64,000 nt of DNA from the NCBI GenBank assembly GCA_938008665.1, contig CALLKA010000149.1:694-64693 (forward strand), given 5' to 3'. Shown piece after piece: positions 49,647 through 59,380 of the stretch. The translations under genes and the position numbers were made by a program. The stretch is from an uncultured Bacteroidota bacterium (GTDB lineage Bacteria > Bacteroidota > Bacteroidia > Chitinophagales > Chitinophagaceae). The notes under the pieces are model-generated. The model did not search any database and was not told where the DNA came from. It saw only the letters and a list, made by a program, of their open reading frames with translations. How positions within the stretch are numbered: the first letter of the stretch is position 1; every line of letters starts with the position of its first letter.

Positions 49647-50405
49647 ATGACAAATAAGTTAAGCTTTCTTTTAATGCTAAGCTTTTTAGCAGCTGCTTGT
49701 TCAAAAAGTTCAACAACAACAAATACGACTACGCCAATAGTGAGCGCCACAGTACCTGATGTATATAAAAAAATATATGGCGCAACCAGTATCACTTCCG
49801 ATGGCACGTATATTACGATAAAATCAAATGGTGCTCCTGATCATAAAAGTTCCTATTACGCAACGTCAAACGCCCTTTACGATAATTTTTCAGGCACTAC
49901 TTTTGGCGGATATAATTTTGTAAAAAATCCAAATTCAATCGGGGAAAAATCATACGTTTTTAAAATTCCCGTTGACCCGAAAGTAGCTACCAATCATATG
50001 CCTACACAATTAGGTGCCATTGGTGTTTCATTAAATGGGGTTCCTTTTTTTAATCAGTATGCTGGACCCAATCAACCTTTAACAGGTGAAATAGTTTCCT
50101 TTGATCGTTACTGGGGTCACCCGGCGCCTACAGGACAATATCATTATCATGTGGAGCCGCTTTATTTAACTACTGTTAAAGTGACAAAATCATCTTTATT
50201 GGGATTTTTATTAGATGGTTTTCCAGTGTATGGTCCTGAGGAAAATGGCGCCTTGGTAGATAATTCAAAATTAGATGCCTATCATGGACATACTTCAGTT
50301 ACTGCTGATTATCCATCAGGCATTTATCATTATCATATTACAAATACGGATCCCTATATTAATGGCTCAGGTTATTATGGAAGTCCTGGCACCGTTTCAC
50401 AATAA
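49647..50405 (+). CDS. YHYH-domain lipoprotein
   Basis: Lipobox AAAC; GAIGVSLNGVPFFN; GQYHYH; LDGFPVYGP; LDAYHGH; GIYHYH. Confidence 0.88.
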   Translation: MTNKLSFLLMLSFLAAACSKSSTTTNTTTPIVSATVPDVYKKIYGATSITSDGTYITIKSNGAPDHKSSYYATSNALYDNFSGTTFGGYNFVKNPNSIGEKSYVFKIPVDPKVATNHMPTQLGAIGVSLNGVPFFNQYAGPNQPLTGEIVSFDRYWGHPAPTGQYHYHVEPLYLTTVKVTKSSLLGFLLDGFPVYGPEENGALVDNSKLDAYHGHTSVTADYPSGIYHYHITNTDPYINGSGYYGSPGTVSQ

Positions 50406-51038
50406 ATGAAAGGGATATTTTATATCAAATTGATGATGGCTTGTATTTTAGTTCAAGCATGTAATAATATTGATCCAACACATTCATTTGATGTTCCAGT
50501 TGCTTCTGCTACTTTGCAAACTGAAATTATTTTACCCAAAAAATATATAAATAGTAAGGATCCCTTTATTTCCTTTCATCAGGATACCCTTTACTATCAA
50601 GATAAAAAATACAGTGGTTATATTTATGATCATTTTGAAAATAGCGATTCTGCATTTGTAGGAAGTTATTTAAATGGGATAGAGGAGGGGGTTTTTAAAA
50701 AATGGTATCGGAATAATCAACTAGGGGAGTATAGATCTTATCATGCAGGAAAAAAAGTCGGCAAGCATGTAGGCTTTTGGGAAGATGGCCAGCCTAAATT
50801 TGAATTTAATTTTATAGCCGGTGAACTGCATGGGGAATCAAATGAATGGTATCGTAATGGCCAGGCCTATAAAGCATTTCATTATAAAATGGGCTATGAA
50901 AATGGGAGCCAAAAAATGTGGTGGGAAAACGGAATCATTCGCGCTAATTATGTGGTGAAACAAGGAAGACGCTATGGTTTGATTGGTTTGAAATTATGTA
51001 TGAACCCGCAGGATTCAATTGATTTTAAAGTAAAATAA
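50406..51038 (+). CDS. MORN-variant repeat (YwqK-like) lipoprotein
   Basis: Lipobox VQAC; ~24-aa repeats G..EG...KWY.NNQ / GKKVG....FWEDGQ / GELHG...EWY.NGQ / GYENG...MWWENG. Confidence 0.8.
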   Translation: MKGIFYIKLMMACILVQACNNIDPTHSFDVPVASATLQTEIILPKKYINSKDPFISFHQDTLYYQDKKYSGYIYDHFENSDSAFVGSYLNGIEEGVFKKWYRNNQLGEYRSYHAGKKVGKHVGFWEDGQPKFEFNFIAGELHGESNEWYRNGQAYKAFHYKMGYENGSQKMWWENGIIRANYVVKQGRRYGLIGLKLCMNPQDSIDFKVK

Positions 51039-51731
51039 ATGGGTATGCTAAAATATTTGAGCTGTTTTATTTTTTGTTTAATTCTAATAGTTGCGTGTAA
51101 TAATGCGACTAATAGCAATACGGAGCAAATAAAAGACAGCTTAGTCACGCTTCCTTTTTTTAATCAACCTGATTGGACGCCGGAATGGATTGCTGAAACT
51201 GATAGCGCGTATCAAAATATCCATACCATTCCTTCCTTTTCCTTTTTAGATCAAAATGGAAAAGTGGTTGATGAAAATTTAGTGAATGGAAAAATATATG
51301 TTGCGAATTTCTTTTTTACCAAGTGTCGTAATATTTGCCCAAAAATGACCAACAATATGCATTTATTGCAGGAGGCTTTTATTTTGGACACCGCTATACT
51401 CTTGCTTTCTCATTCCGTCACTCCTGAAACAGATGATGTAAAGGTGTTAAATAAATATGCGTTGGATAATAAAGTAGACGCCGAAAAATGGCATTTGCTT
51501 ACCGGGGATAAAAAGGCCATATATGGTTTGGCAAAACAACAATATTTTGCAGGAGATACGGTAGGTTACTACCAATCAGGCAATGAGTTTTTACATACCG
51601 AGAATTTCATTTTAGTAGATCAGCATCGCCGTATTCGAGGGGTATATAACGGCACATTACCCGTAGAAATAAATCGTATTAAGGAAGATATTGCGATTTT
51701 GAAATCAGAAATCACATCAGGTTTAAAATAA
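51039..51731 (+). CDS. SCO1/SenC copper chaperone lipoprotein
   Basis: Lipobox IVAC; FFFTKCRNICP (CxxxC); SVTPETD; HTENFILVD. Confidence 0.92.
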   Translation: MGMLKYLSCFIFCLILIVACNNATNSNTEQIKDSLVTLPFFNQPDWTPEWIAETDSAYQNIHTIPSFSFLDQNGKVVDENLVNGKIYVANFFFTKCRNICPKMTNNMHLLQEAFILDTAILLLSHSVTPETDDVKVLNKYALDNKVDAEKWHLLTGDKKAIYGLAKQQYFAGDTVGYYQSGNEFLHTENFILVDQHRRIRGVYNGTLPVEINRIKEDIAILKSEITSGLK

Positions 51732-51786
51732 ATACAACACACTTTTCACAAGCCAATTTTAATATTTACTATCTTCGCCTTATATC

Positions 51787-52545
51787 ATGGAAATACAATT
51801 TGACAAATATTTTATCGTACTACAAAATATTACTACCAGGTATTATTTCATTGGGGGGCTTGTTTTTTTATTATTTTATATCGTGTTAAAAAATAAAATA
51901 GTACAAAAAAAAATACAATCGCAATTTCCAAAAAACACCGATTATTTAAGGGAAATTGGATATAGTACCCTAACAATGTTAATGTTTGCTTTTATCCCAA
52001 TTTTATTTATTTACAACCCTGCAGTTCAACCTCATACAACCTTGTATCAAAATATAAGCGATTACGGCTGGGCATATTATTTTTTAGCATTCCCAATGAT
52101 GTTTGTAATACATGACACCTACTTTTATTGGACGCATCGTATTATGCATCATAAAAGTTTATTCAATATTATGCATTTGGTACATCATAAATCAACCAAT
52201 CCATCCCCATGGGCTGCTTATGCATTTCATCCTTTGGAAGCAATTGTTGAGATTGGGATTTTTGTTGTGTTTTTATTTACAATACCCGTCCATAGATCTC
52301 ACATACTTATCTTTTTCCTTTTATCCATTATATATAATATGTATGGTCACTTGGGCTGGGAATTATATCCAAAAGGTTTTAGTAAAAACTGGTTTGGTAA
52401 GTGGATCAATACATCCGTAAACCATAACCAACACCATAAATATTTTAAAGGTAATTATGGTTTGTACTTTTTATTCTGGGATCGCATTATGGGCACTATT
52501 CGCCCTGATTATGATGAAGCCTTTGAGGAAGTGAAAAGCAGATAA
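51787..52545 (+). CDS. Sterol desaturase / fatty-acid hydroxylase family
   Basis: His boxes YWTHRIMHH, HLVHH, GHLG, HNQHH..F.GNYG...FWDRIMGT. Confidence 0.9.
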   Translation: MEIQFDKYFIVLQNITTRYYFIGGLVFLLFYIVLKNKIVQKKIQSQFPKNTDYLREIGYSTLTMLMFAFIPILFIYNPAVQPHTTLYQNISDYGWAYYFLAFPMMFVIHDTYFYWTHRIMHHKSLFNIMHLVHHKSTNPSPWAAYAFHPLEAIVEIGIFVVFLFTIPVHRSHILIFFLLSIIYNMYGHLGWELYPKGFSKNWFGKWINTSVNHNQHHKYFKGNYGLYFLFWDRIMGTIRPDYDEAFEEVKSR

Positions 52546-52559
52546 CTGAGCATTTTATA

Positions 52560-54689
52560 TTACTTCGCCATTACATACACCGCCCAGCTCATGAAATAGG
52601 CGAGGCCGGTCATCATAAAAAATTGAATGGTGGGCCATTTCCAGGATTGCGTTTCCCGCTTTACCACAGCAAGTGTACTCATACATTGCATGGCCAATAC
52701 ATAAAATATCATAAGAGATAAAGCAGCCGCAAAGCTATATACCTTGGTGCCATCAGGTCGCACTGCTGCTTTTAGTTTATCACGTAAGGAACTATTGTCT
52801 GATTCTTCCACACTATATAAAGTAGCCATGGTGCCTACAAATACTTCACGCGCCGCAAAGGAAGTGATCAGCGCGATGCCTATTTTCCAATCAAATCCCA
52901 ATGGGGCAATAAGGGGTTCAATTTGCTTACCCATAATACCTGCGTAGGAATTTTCTAATTTTTCAGTATTGTATTCGCGATCCATTTGCTTTTGTTGTAA
53001 TTCATTCATCTTTTGTGCACCATTATTACTTGAAATTTGTTGTGCATATTTCTCGTTGACCAATTTCATTTTTTCAGTAGGGCCGTAACTACTTAAAAAC
53101 CACAACAACAAACTAATAATGATAATTACCTTACCCGCATCTCGCACGAAGATGGTTGCTTTTTGGATCATGGTCGTGCCTACATTTTTCCAACGTGGCG
53201 CGCGGTAAACAGGTAGTTCTAATATGAAATAACTCTTCTCTTTAATTTTAATAAACCACTTTAAGACCATACTAGCAAGTAATGCCATTACGATGCCCAT
53301 GACATATAATCCCATCATCACTAATCCTTGCAAGCTTAAAAATCCAAAATATATTTTATCGTCAATCACCAATGAAATTAAAATTGTGTACACCGGTAAC
53401 CTTGCACTGCAACTCATAAAAGGCGTGACCATGATGGTCAGTAATCTTTCCTTTCTATTTTCAATATTACGGGCACTCATAATCGCAGGTACCGCACAGG
53501 CAAATCCACTGATCATGGGCATTACACTTTTTCCATTGAGTCCCACTTTGCGCATGAGCTTGTCACTTAAAAAACTAATACGCGCCATATAGCCTGTATC
53601 TTCCAACAAAGTAATCAAACCAAATAGGATCATGATTTGTGGTACAAATATCACAATGCCGCCAATACCAGCAACCAAACCATTCACGAGTAAATCTTCC
53701 CACCAAACATTGGGTAGTACTGCGTTTAAATAGGCGGTGACATTGGTAAATATCCACTCTATCCCATCCATTGGAAATTTAGCCATCCAAAAAACGGATT
53801 GAAACAAAATAAATAAAACTGAAAATAAAATGGCATAGCCGCCTATGCGGTGTAAGAATATATTATCTAATTTTTCTGATCTCTTCTTTTTCGCTGTCGG
53901 GTCGGGTTCCACTACGCGATTTTTCATAATCTCTTGAATATGACTATAGCGTTGTAAAATTTCCTGTGCCTGCGTTTTTGTATGATTAAAATTGTGATCA
54001 ATTTCAATCTGCTCAATGGTTTGCTGCATTTCCTCCTCTAATGGAAATGCTTCATGGTGCATCAAATAATGTAACGCAGCGTAGTCACTATGTGTAGGGT
54101 ATAATTTTTTAAAATCAATAATGGCTTCTGGCGCTAATGCTTTATTGTCAATAAAACTTTCGACATTTTTAGCACGCGGGGTTTGAATAATAGAATTTAA
54201 TGCGGCCTTTAATTCTTGTAAACCTTTATTTTTTCTTGCATCTACTGCAACCACTGGTATGCCTAAATCTTCTTGCAATCCTGCAATATCTATTTTGATT
54301 CCTTTTTTTGCTGCAAGGTCATTCATGGTAAGTGCCAATACCACTGGAATTTTTAAGTCAATGATTTGACTACAAAAAAGTAAATTTCTTTTTAAATTAC
54401 TGGCATCAGCAATTAATAGTATGACATCCGTCTTCACCTCTTGGTCAACACCCATCAAAACTTTATAAGCCACCCATTCATCTTCTCGTTTAGGGTAAAA
54501 ACTATAAGTGCCGGGTAAATCAATTAAGGTGGTGGGCTGTTCGCCAATATCCAAATGCCCGGTTTTTTTATCTACGGTGACGCCGGGGAAATTACCCACT
54601 TTTTGGTGCAGGCCAGTAAGTGCATTAAATAAGGAGCTTTTCCCCGAATTGGGGTTCCCTACAAGTGCGATATGTAAACTGGCTTTCAT
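52560..54689 (-). CDS. feoB: Ferrous iron transporter FeoB
   Basis: GNPNSGKS, VGNFPGVTVD, DLPGTYS, LEDTGYMAR, FMSCSARLPVY, AAREVFV. A TAGCTTTG -7 box lies at 54704-54697. Confidence 0.97.
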   Translation of the reverse strand: MKASLHIALVGNPNSGKSSLFNALTGLHQKVGNFPGVTVDKKTGHLDIGEQPTTLIDLPGTYSFYPKREDEWVAYKVLMGVDQEVKTDVILLIADASNLKRNLLFCSQIIDLKIPVVLALTMNDLAAKKGIKIDIAGLQEDLGIPVVAVDARKNKGLQELKAALNSIIQTPRAKNVESFIDNKALAPEAIIDFKKLYPTHSDYAALHYLMHHEAFPLEEEMQQTIEQIEIDHNFNHTKTQAQEILQRYSHIQEIMKNRVVEPDPTAKKKRSEKLDNIFLHRIGGYAILFSVLFILFQSVFWMAKFPMDGIEWIFTNVTAYLNAVLPNVWWEDLLVNGLVAGIGGIVIFVPQIMILFGLITLLEDTGYMARISFLSDKLMRKVGLNGKSVMPMISGFACAVPAIMSARNIENRKERLLTIMVTPFMSCSARLPVYTILISLVIDDKIYFGFLSLQGLVMMGLYVMGIVMALLASMVLKWFIKIKEKSYFILELPVYRAPRWKNVGTTMIQKATIFVRDAGKVIIIISLLLWFLSSYGPTEKMKLVNEKYAQQISSNNGAQKMNELQQKQMDREYNTEKLENSYAGIMGKQIEPLIAPLGFDWKIGIALITSFAAREVFVGTMATLYSVEESDNSSLRDKLKAAVRPDGTKVYSFAAALSLMIFYVLAMQCMSTLAVVKRETQSWKWPTIQFFMMTGLAYFMSWAVYVMAK

Positions 54690-54909
54690 GAGGTGGCAAA
54701 GCTAACTTTTAACATTGGGTATAGCTTACGAAATAGGAAATTGAGAACTGCGCTAAAAATGATTAAAATCATAAGTTTCCACCTTGGCTTTACCACAGTT
54801 GGGTTTATAATCAATCCCTACATTATCCCTTAATTTTCTTGTTAGGTATTTGATAAATACCTTCTATTTCCTAGCTGCTTTGCTTATTTTTGTTACACAA
54901 ACAGATATT

Positions 54910-56535
54910 ATGCGTAAAATACTAGGGTTGGTTTTAATTTTGTTGCCTTTCATTGGGATGGCTCAAAAATTAACAAAAACTGATAAAGTCCTTATTCAAA
55001 ATGTACAAAATCATATCAGGTATTTAGCGAGTGATGAACTTGAAGGTCGTCGTGCAGGTTCGGTAGGTGAGCAAAAATCGGTGAACTACATCGTTGCACA
55101 ATATCAAGCCTTGGGCATACAACCCATGGGTGTGGATGGCTATATCCAACCATTCCCAATTGATGAAGGCAAACGTTTAACGGCAGGTTCATTTTTGAAT
55201 ATCAATGGGGAAGCACTTGTGTATGATAAAGAATTTATTCCATTGTCCAATAGTGGATCAGGAAAATTTAATTCCAACGCAGCGATTACTTTAAATGAAT
55301 CTAAACAAGTTTGGTTTAAGGATTTAAATGAAGTGTTAGATGCTGCAGTGACCAATCCGCATTTTGATTTGAATCAATGGATCATTGATTTTACCAAAGA
55401 AGTAAAAGCAAAAGGGGCTAGCGCTTTATTTTTATATAATAAAGGAACTTTTGTTGACAACATTCAATTTAATAAATTTGATACTGCTGCTTCTTTGTCT
55501 ATCCCAGTCGTTTATTTTACAAGAAATGGTTGGTTGAAACATTTCAATGATGATATTGATACTTATAAAATTAATGCGAATATTGAATTTGAACATGCAA
55601 CTCGAACTGCACATAATGTGGCAGCTTTTATTGATAACCAAGCAGCGAATACGGTTGTTATTGGCGCACATTTGGATCACTTAGGTTACAATGAAGATCG
55701 CAATGCATTAGATATTAATAATGCAATTCGTAATGGCGCAGATGATAATGCAAGTGGTACTAGTGCGATTATTGAATTGGCTAAATTATTAAAGAAAAAA
55801 TCACCTAAAAATAATAACTATTTAATCCTTCATTTTTCGGGCGAAGAATTAGGATTATTTGGAAGTAAGTATTGGCTAGAACATCCAACTTATAAAGGCA
55901 ATTTAAATTACATGATTAATTTGGATATGGTGGGCAGATATGATACCGCACGTAAATTAACAGTGGGTGGGTATGGTACTTCAACAAAATGGGCTGAGGT
56001 ATTGGCCAAAACACCAACTAGTTTATTAACGCATTATGATAGTGCTGGCGCGGGTCCTAGCGATCATGCGAGTTTTTATCGCAAGGATATGCCTGTGTTA
56101 TTTATGTTTACCGGAAGCCATAGTGATTATCATAAAGCCACCGATGATGGGGATAAAATTAATTATGCAGGAGAAGCAACCATCATTCAATATGTACATA
56201 ATATTATTAAAAATACAGATGCTGTTGGCAAACTTGATTTTTTAAAAACACGTGAAACTTCCATGGGCAAAAGCAATAAGTTCACGGTGAGTTTAGGGGT
56301 GATGCCCGACTATGCATTTACTGGAACAGGGGTTCGGATTGAAGGCGCAACGCCAGGAAAATTAGCAGAGCGTTTGGGCATGAAAGGCGGTGATATATTA
56401 CTACAACTAGGCGACTATAAGTTGGTTGATGTGATGAGTTATATGACGGCGCTTTCGAAATTTAAAAAGGGAGACAAAACAACACTTATATACATGAGAG
56501 GCGCAGATGAGGTGAAATTAGATATCGAGTTTTAA
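54910..56535 (+). CDS. M28 family metallopeptidase with PA-like insert and C-terminal PDZ domain, secreted
   Basis: LASDELEGR, GAHLDHLG, GADDNASG, FSGEELGLFGS, NLDMVG, SDHASF, DYHK; PDZ-like LGVMPDY...GDILL. ATG 54910. Confidence 0.9.
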   Translation: MRKILGLVLILLPFIGMAQKLTKTDKVLIQNVQNHIRYLASDELEGRRAGSVGEQKSVNYIVAQYQALGIQPMGVDGYIQPFPIDEGKRLTAGSFLNINGEALVYDKEFIPLSNSGSGKFNSNAAITLNESKQVWFKDLNEVLDAAVTNPHFDLNQWIIDFTKEVKAKGASALFLYNKGTFVDNIQFNKFDTAASLSIPVVYFTRNGWLKHFNDDIDTYKINANIEFEHATRTAHNVAAFIDNQAANTVVIGAHLDHLGYNEDRNALDINNAIRNGADDNASGTSAIIELAKLLKKKSPKNNNYLILHFSGEELGLFGSKYWLEHPTYKGNLNYMINLDMVGRYDTARKLTVGGYGTSTKWAEVLAKTPTSLLTHYDSAGAGPSDHASFYRKDMPVLFMFTGSHSDYHKATDDGDKINYAGEATIIQYVHNIIKNTDAVGKLDFLKTRETSMGKSNKFTVSLGVMPDYAFTGTGVRIEGATPGKLAERLGMKGGDILLQLGDYKLVDVMSYMTALSKFKKGDKTTLIYMRGADEVKLDIEF

Positions 56536-56582
56536 CGTGGATAGTTGGTTTGATAAAAACTTTAGTTTTATAAATTTATAAA

Positions 56583-57023
56583 GTGAGTAAATTAATTTTA
56601 GATCAGGATGCAATTAACGAAAATGATTTCGAGGGAACTCGCATCTTAGGTATTTCTGCGCCGATCAAAAATTATCAATTCTGTATTTTATTAAATCAAT
56701 ACATGGGTTTTGAATTCAGGTTTAATCCTGATCACGAAATTGCTTTAAAAAGAAAAAATAGAACTTACTATTTTTCCATGTATGAAGGAACTGAACCTAC
56801 AACTTCCATTCAGCATTTTGTTTACCACAATCAATTTGATGGTGAATATTTATTGCCCGAATTGAAACACATGGATTTTATTTGGTGGATCAGAGGGGAG
56901 TGGATTGAGGACGAAAAAGTAAATGATATTTTACAAACGGTCCGCGACATCAAAGGCGTTCAAATGGTCGCCGAGCTCACCCCCGATCAAATCAAAAATA
57001 AAGGGCATTTGATTTTTGAATAA
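56583..57023 (+). CDS. IPExxxVDY-family protein (Bacteroidota conserved hypothetical)
   Basis: YLLPELKHMDF motif; GTG start. Confidence 0.7.
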   Translation: MSKLILDQDAINENDFEGTRILGISAPIKNYQFCILLNQYMGFEFRFNPDHEIALKRKNRTYYFSMYEGTEPTTSIQHFVYHNQFDGEYLLPELKHMDFIWWIRGEWIEDEKVNDILQTVRDIKGVQMVAELTPDQIKNKGHLIFE

Positions 57024-57064
57024 ATGATAGCAATAAAACAAACGTCAAAAAGTCCTCGTTGATG

Positions 57065-58120
57065 CTAGTCCTTTTGGATATAAATTCTTTTATCCATTGC
57101 TGCACTGCATGTTCCAATAGGCTCGGTATAGTGAATACCTAACTCTTTTAAAATTGTTTGAACTTTTTGTAACGCATCTGGGGCTACTGCTATTAATAAT
57201 CCGCCATTGGTTTGCGGATCGGGCAATAATTTAGTTGCTTCTTCCTCGTCAATGCCAGCACCAAAAACTACGCCAGCGCTGCATGAGCTCCAATTACGCG
57301 CGGTGGCGCCAGGGATTGTTTTTTGTGCAATATAACTGCGAACTGCTGGTATAATGGGAATTTGATTATAATGTATGGTGGCAGATAAATTACTTCCTTC
57401 CATCATCTCTGTTAAATGTCCTAATAATCCAAAACCGGTTACATCGGTCATCGCATGTACTTCTTTTATTTTTCCTAATGCTTCTCCTGCTTTGTTAATG
57501 GTGGTTAATTGTTTGACTAAAAAATTCAAATCTTCTTCCGACAGTAATCCTCTTTTTTGTGCAGTTGCCATGATGCCCACCCCTAATGGCTTGGTCAATA
57601 TTAATACATCACCTGGTTGTGCAGTATCGTTTCTTTTTAAATTTTCAATGTCAATAATTCCATTCACCACCAATCCAAAAATTGGATCTTGACTATCAAT
57701 ACTATGTCCTCCTGCAATGACAATACCTGCATCAGCACAGGTTTTGCGCGCCCCTTCCATTACCTTTGCTGCTTCACTTGCAGGAAGTGAAGCGAGTGGC
57801 CACCCCAATACCGCCAAAGCAAATATCGGTTTCCCACCCATCGCATATACATCGCTAATCGCATTGGCTGCTGCAATTTGTCCAAATGAAAATGCATCAT
57901 CTACAATCGGCATAAAAAAATCGGTGGTACTAATCACTGCAGTTTTTTCATCTATTTGATACACTGCTGCATCATCTCTACTGTCATTCCCCACTAATAA
58001 TTGCGGCACATTACTTTTTGCACCCACATTATGTGCGGCTAAAATTTCAGAAAGTATCGCTGGTGAAATTTTACAACCACATCCACCACCTTTTGAGTAT
58101 TGCGTTAATTTATATTCCAT
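57065..58120 (-). CDS. selD: Selenide, water dikinase (selenophosphate synthetase), Cys form
   Basis: LTQYSKGGGCGCKISP, DDAAVY, TTDFFMPIVDD, ANAISDVYAMGG, TDVTGFGLLGH, DPQTNGGLL. Confidence 0.96.
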   Translation of the reverse strand: MEYKLTQYSKGGGCGCKISPAILSEILAAHNVGAKSNVPQLLVGNDSRDDAAVYQIDEKTAVISTTDFFMPIVDDAFSFGQIAAANAISDVYAMGGKPIFALAVLGWPLASLPASEAAKVMEGARKTCADAGIVIAGGHSIDSQDPIFGLVVNGIIDIENLKRNDTAQPGDVLILTKPLGVGIMATAQKRGLLSEEDLNFLVKQLTTINKAGEALGKIKEVHAMTDVTGFGLLGHLTEMMEGSNLSATIHYNQIPIIPAVRSYIAQKTIPGATARNWSSCSAGVVFGAGIDEEEATKLLPDPQTNGGLLIAVAPDALQKVQTILKELGIHYTEPIGTCSAAMDKRIYIQKD

Positions 58121-58131
58121 TGTGTTTTTCT

Positions 58132-58782
58132 TTATTCGCTTTTAATTTTTATTAGTTGTAATTCCATTTTTTGTAAAGTCAATGCTTCCCCTTCGGTTAA
58201 CCATAAATTTAAGGAGGCGCTTAATGATTCAGCTAATTTTTTTTGCATTGCCTTTATATCCCAATCCTTTCCGGTAATTTGTTTCAAGGAAACGGGATTT
58301 CCAGCCTCATTTGAAAATTGGGTTTGGTTAATATTGAGGCCAATACCAATGACGGTCCAAGTCCAATGGGTTCCGCGAACTATGTTTTCAATCAATATGC
58401 CCCCTGCCTTTCTGTCACGCCAATAGAGATCATTGGGTTTTTTGATTTTGGTCTCCTCCCCAGCAAATTCCATAAAAAATGCTTGTGCCCCCAGTGCCAC
58501 TGCTGCGGATAGTCCCAACTGCTCACTTGGAACCCAATTTTTACCCTGTTTTAGTGCATTTAACTCCAAAACATAGGTGCAAAGTAGGTTTTCGCCCCGA
58601 TGACTCTCCCAAATTCGGCCATGTTGCCCCTTCCCATTCGTCTGAAAATCAGTTTGGTACACACTGCCAGATAAGGCCTTTTGGGCATGAATCTGCTCCA
58701 TGGCATACATATTGGTACTATCAATCTCAGACAGTTCTATAAGCGGCTCCCCTAATGTGATAATTGGTGTGGCAGGTGACAA
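58132..58782 (-). CDS. birA: Biotin--[acetyl-CoA-carboxylase] ligase (class I, no HTH)
   Basis: IDSTN, QTNGKGQHGRIW, KPNDLY...KAGGILIE, IGIGLNINQ. Confidence 0.9.
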   Translation of the reverse strand: MSPATPIITLGEPLIELSEIDSTNMYAMEQIHAQKALSGSVYQTDFQTNGKGQHGRIWESHRGENLLCTYVLELNALKQGKNWVPSEQLGLSAAVALGAQAFFMEFAGEETKIKKPNDLYWRDRKAGGILIENIVRGTHWTWTVIGIGLNINQTQFSNEAGNPVSLKQITGKDWDIKAMQKKLAESLSASLNLWLTEGEALTLQKMELQLIKIKSE

Positions 58783-58875
58783 AGAATTGTTATTTTTGTA
58801 AAGTTAGCATAGAATAATATTTAATTTATTAATCTTTAGACTAATAAAGCAATAACAAATAAATAAAAAGCATCA

Positions 58876-59280
58876 TTGGAACATCTTACTGCATTGAAAA
58901 ATCGACCAAAATCGTCGACACCTCAAATTACGCGCAACGCTAAAATATTCAAAACCATTATTAAAGCAATTCAGGATAAAAAAGGGGAAAATATTATCAG
59001 CATGGATTTGAGAAAAATTCAGGAATCTACGACTGATTTTTTTATCATTTGTGAAGCAAATAATACCACACAATTAAAAGCGATTGCTGATAATGTGGAA
59101 TATGAAGTGAAAACAAATTGTTCTGAATGGGCATACAAAAGTGAGGGCAAAACAGCGGCACAATGGTTACTTATTGATTACATTAATATCGTTGTTCATA
59201 TTATGCATCCCGAGTCTAGGCATTTTTATCAGTTAGAAGAAATGTGGAGTGACGCAGATACAAAAATGCATGATTTGTAA
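58876..59280 (+). CDS. rsfS: Ribosome silencing factor
   Basis: DKKGENI..MDL, DFFIIC, WLLIDY..IVVHI, R.FYQLEEMWSDA. Confidence 0.95.
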   Translation: MEHLTALKNRPKSSTPQITRNAKIFKTIIKAIQDKKGENIISMDLRKIQESTTDFFIICEANNTTQLKAIADNVEYEVKTNCSEWAYKSEGKTAAQWLLIDYINIVVHIMHPESRHFYQLEEMWSDADTKMHDL

Positions 59281-59380
59281 ACTATTTTAATATTTGCGTT
59301 GTTATTATAAAAACAAAATGTTGCTCCTGCTGAAATTAATGTGATTTCATTAGAGGCGTTCGAAAAAATAAATATCGATT

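Noticed and set aside
50406-51038. Toxin-antitoxin system suggested by the YwqK-like repeats
   Set aside because: These are generic MORN-variant repeats in a lipoprotein, and there is no adjacent toxin gene.
54759-54772. Possible Fur-like box ATGATT-AA-AATCAT upstream of feoB
   Set aside because: It is a short AT-rich palindrome with non-canonical spacing and cannot be told from chance without comparative data.
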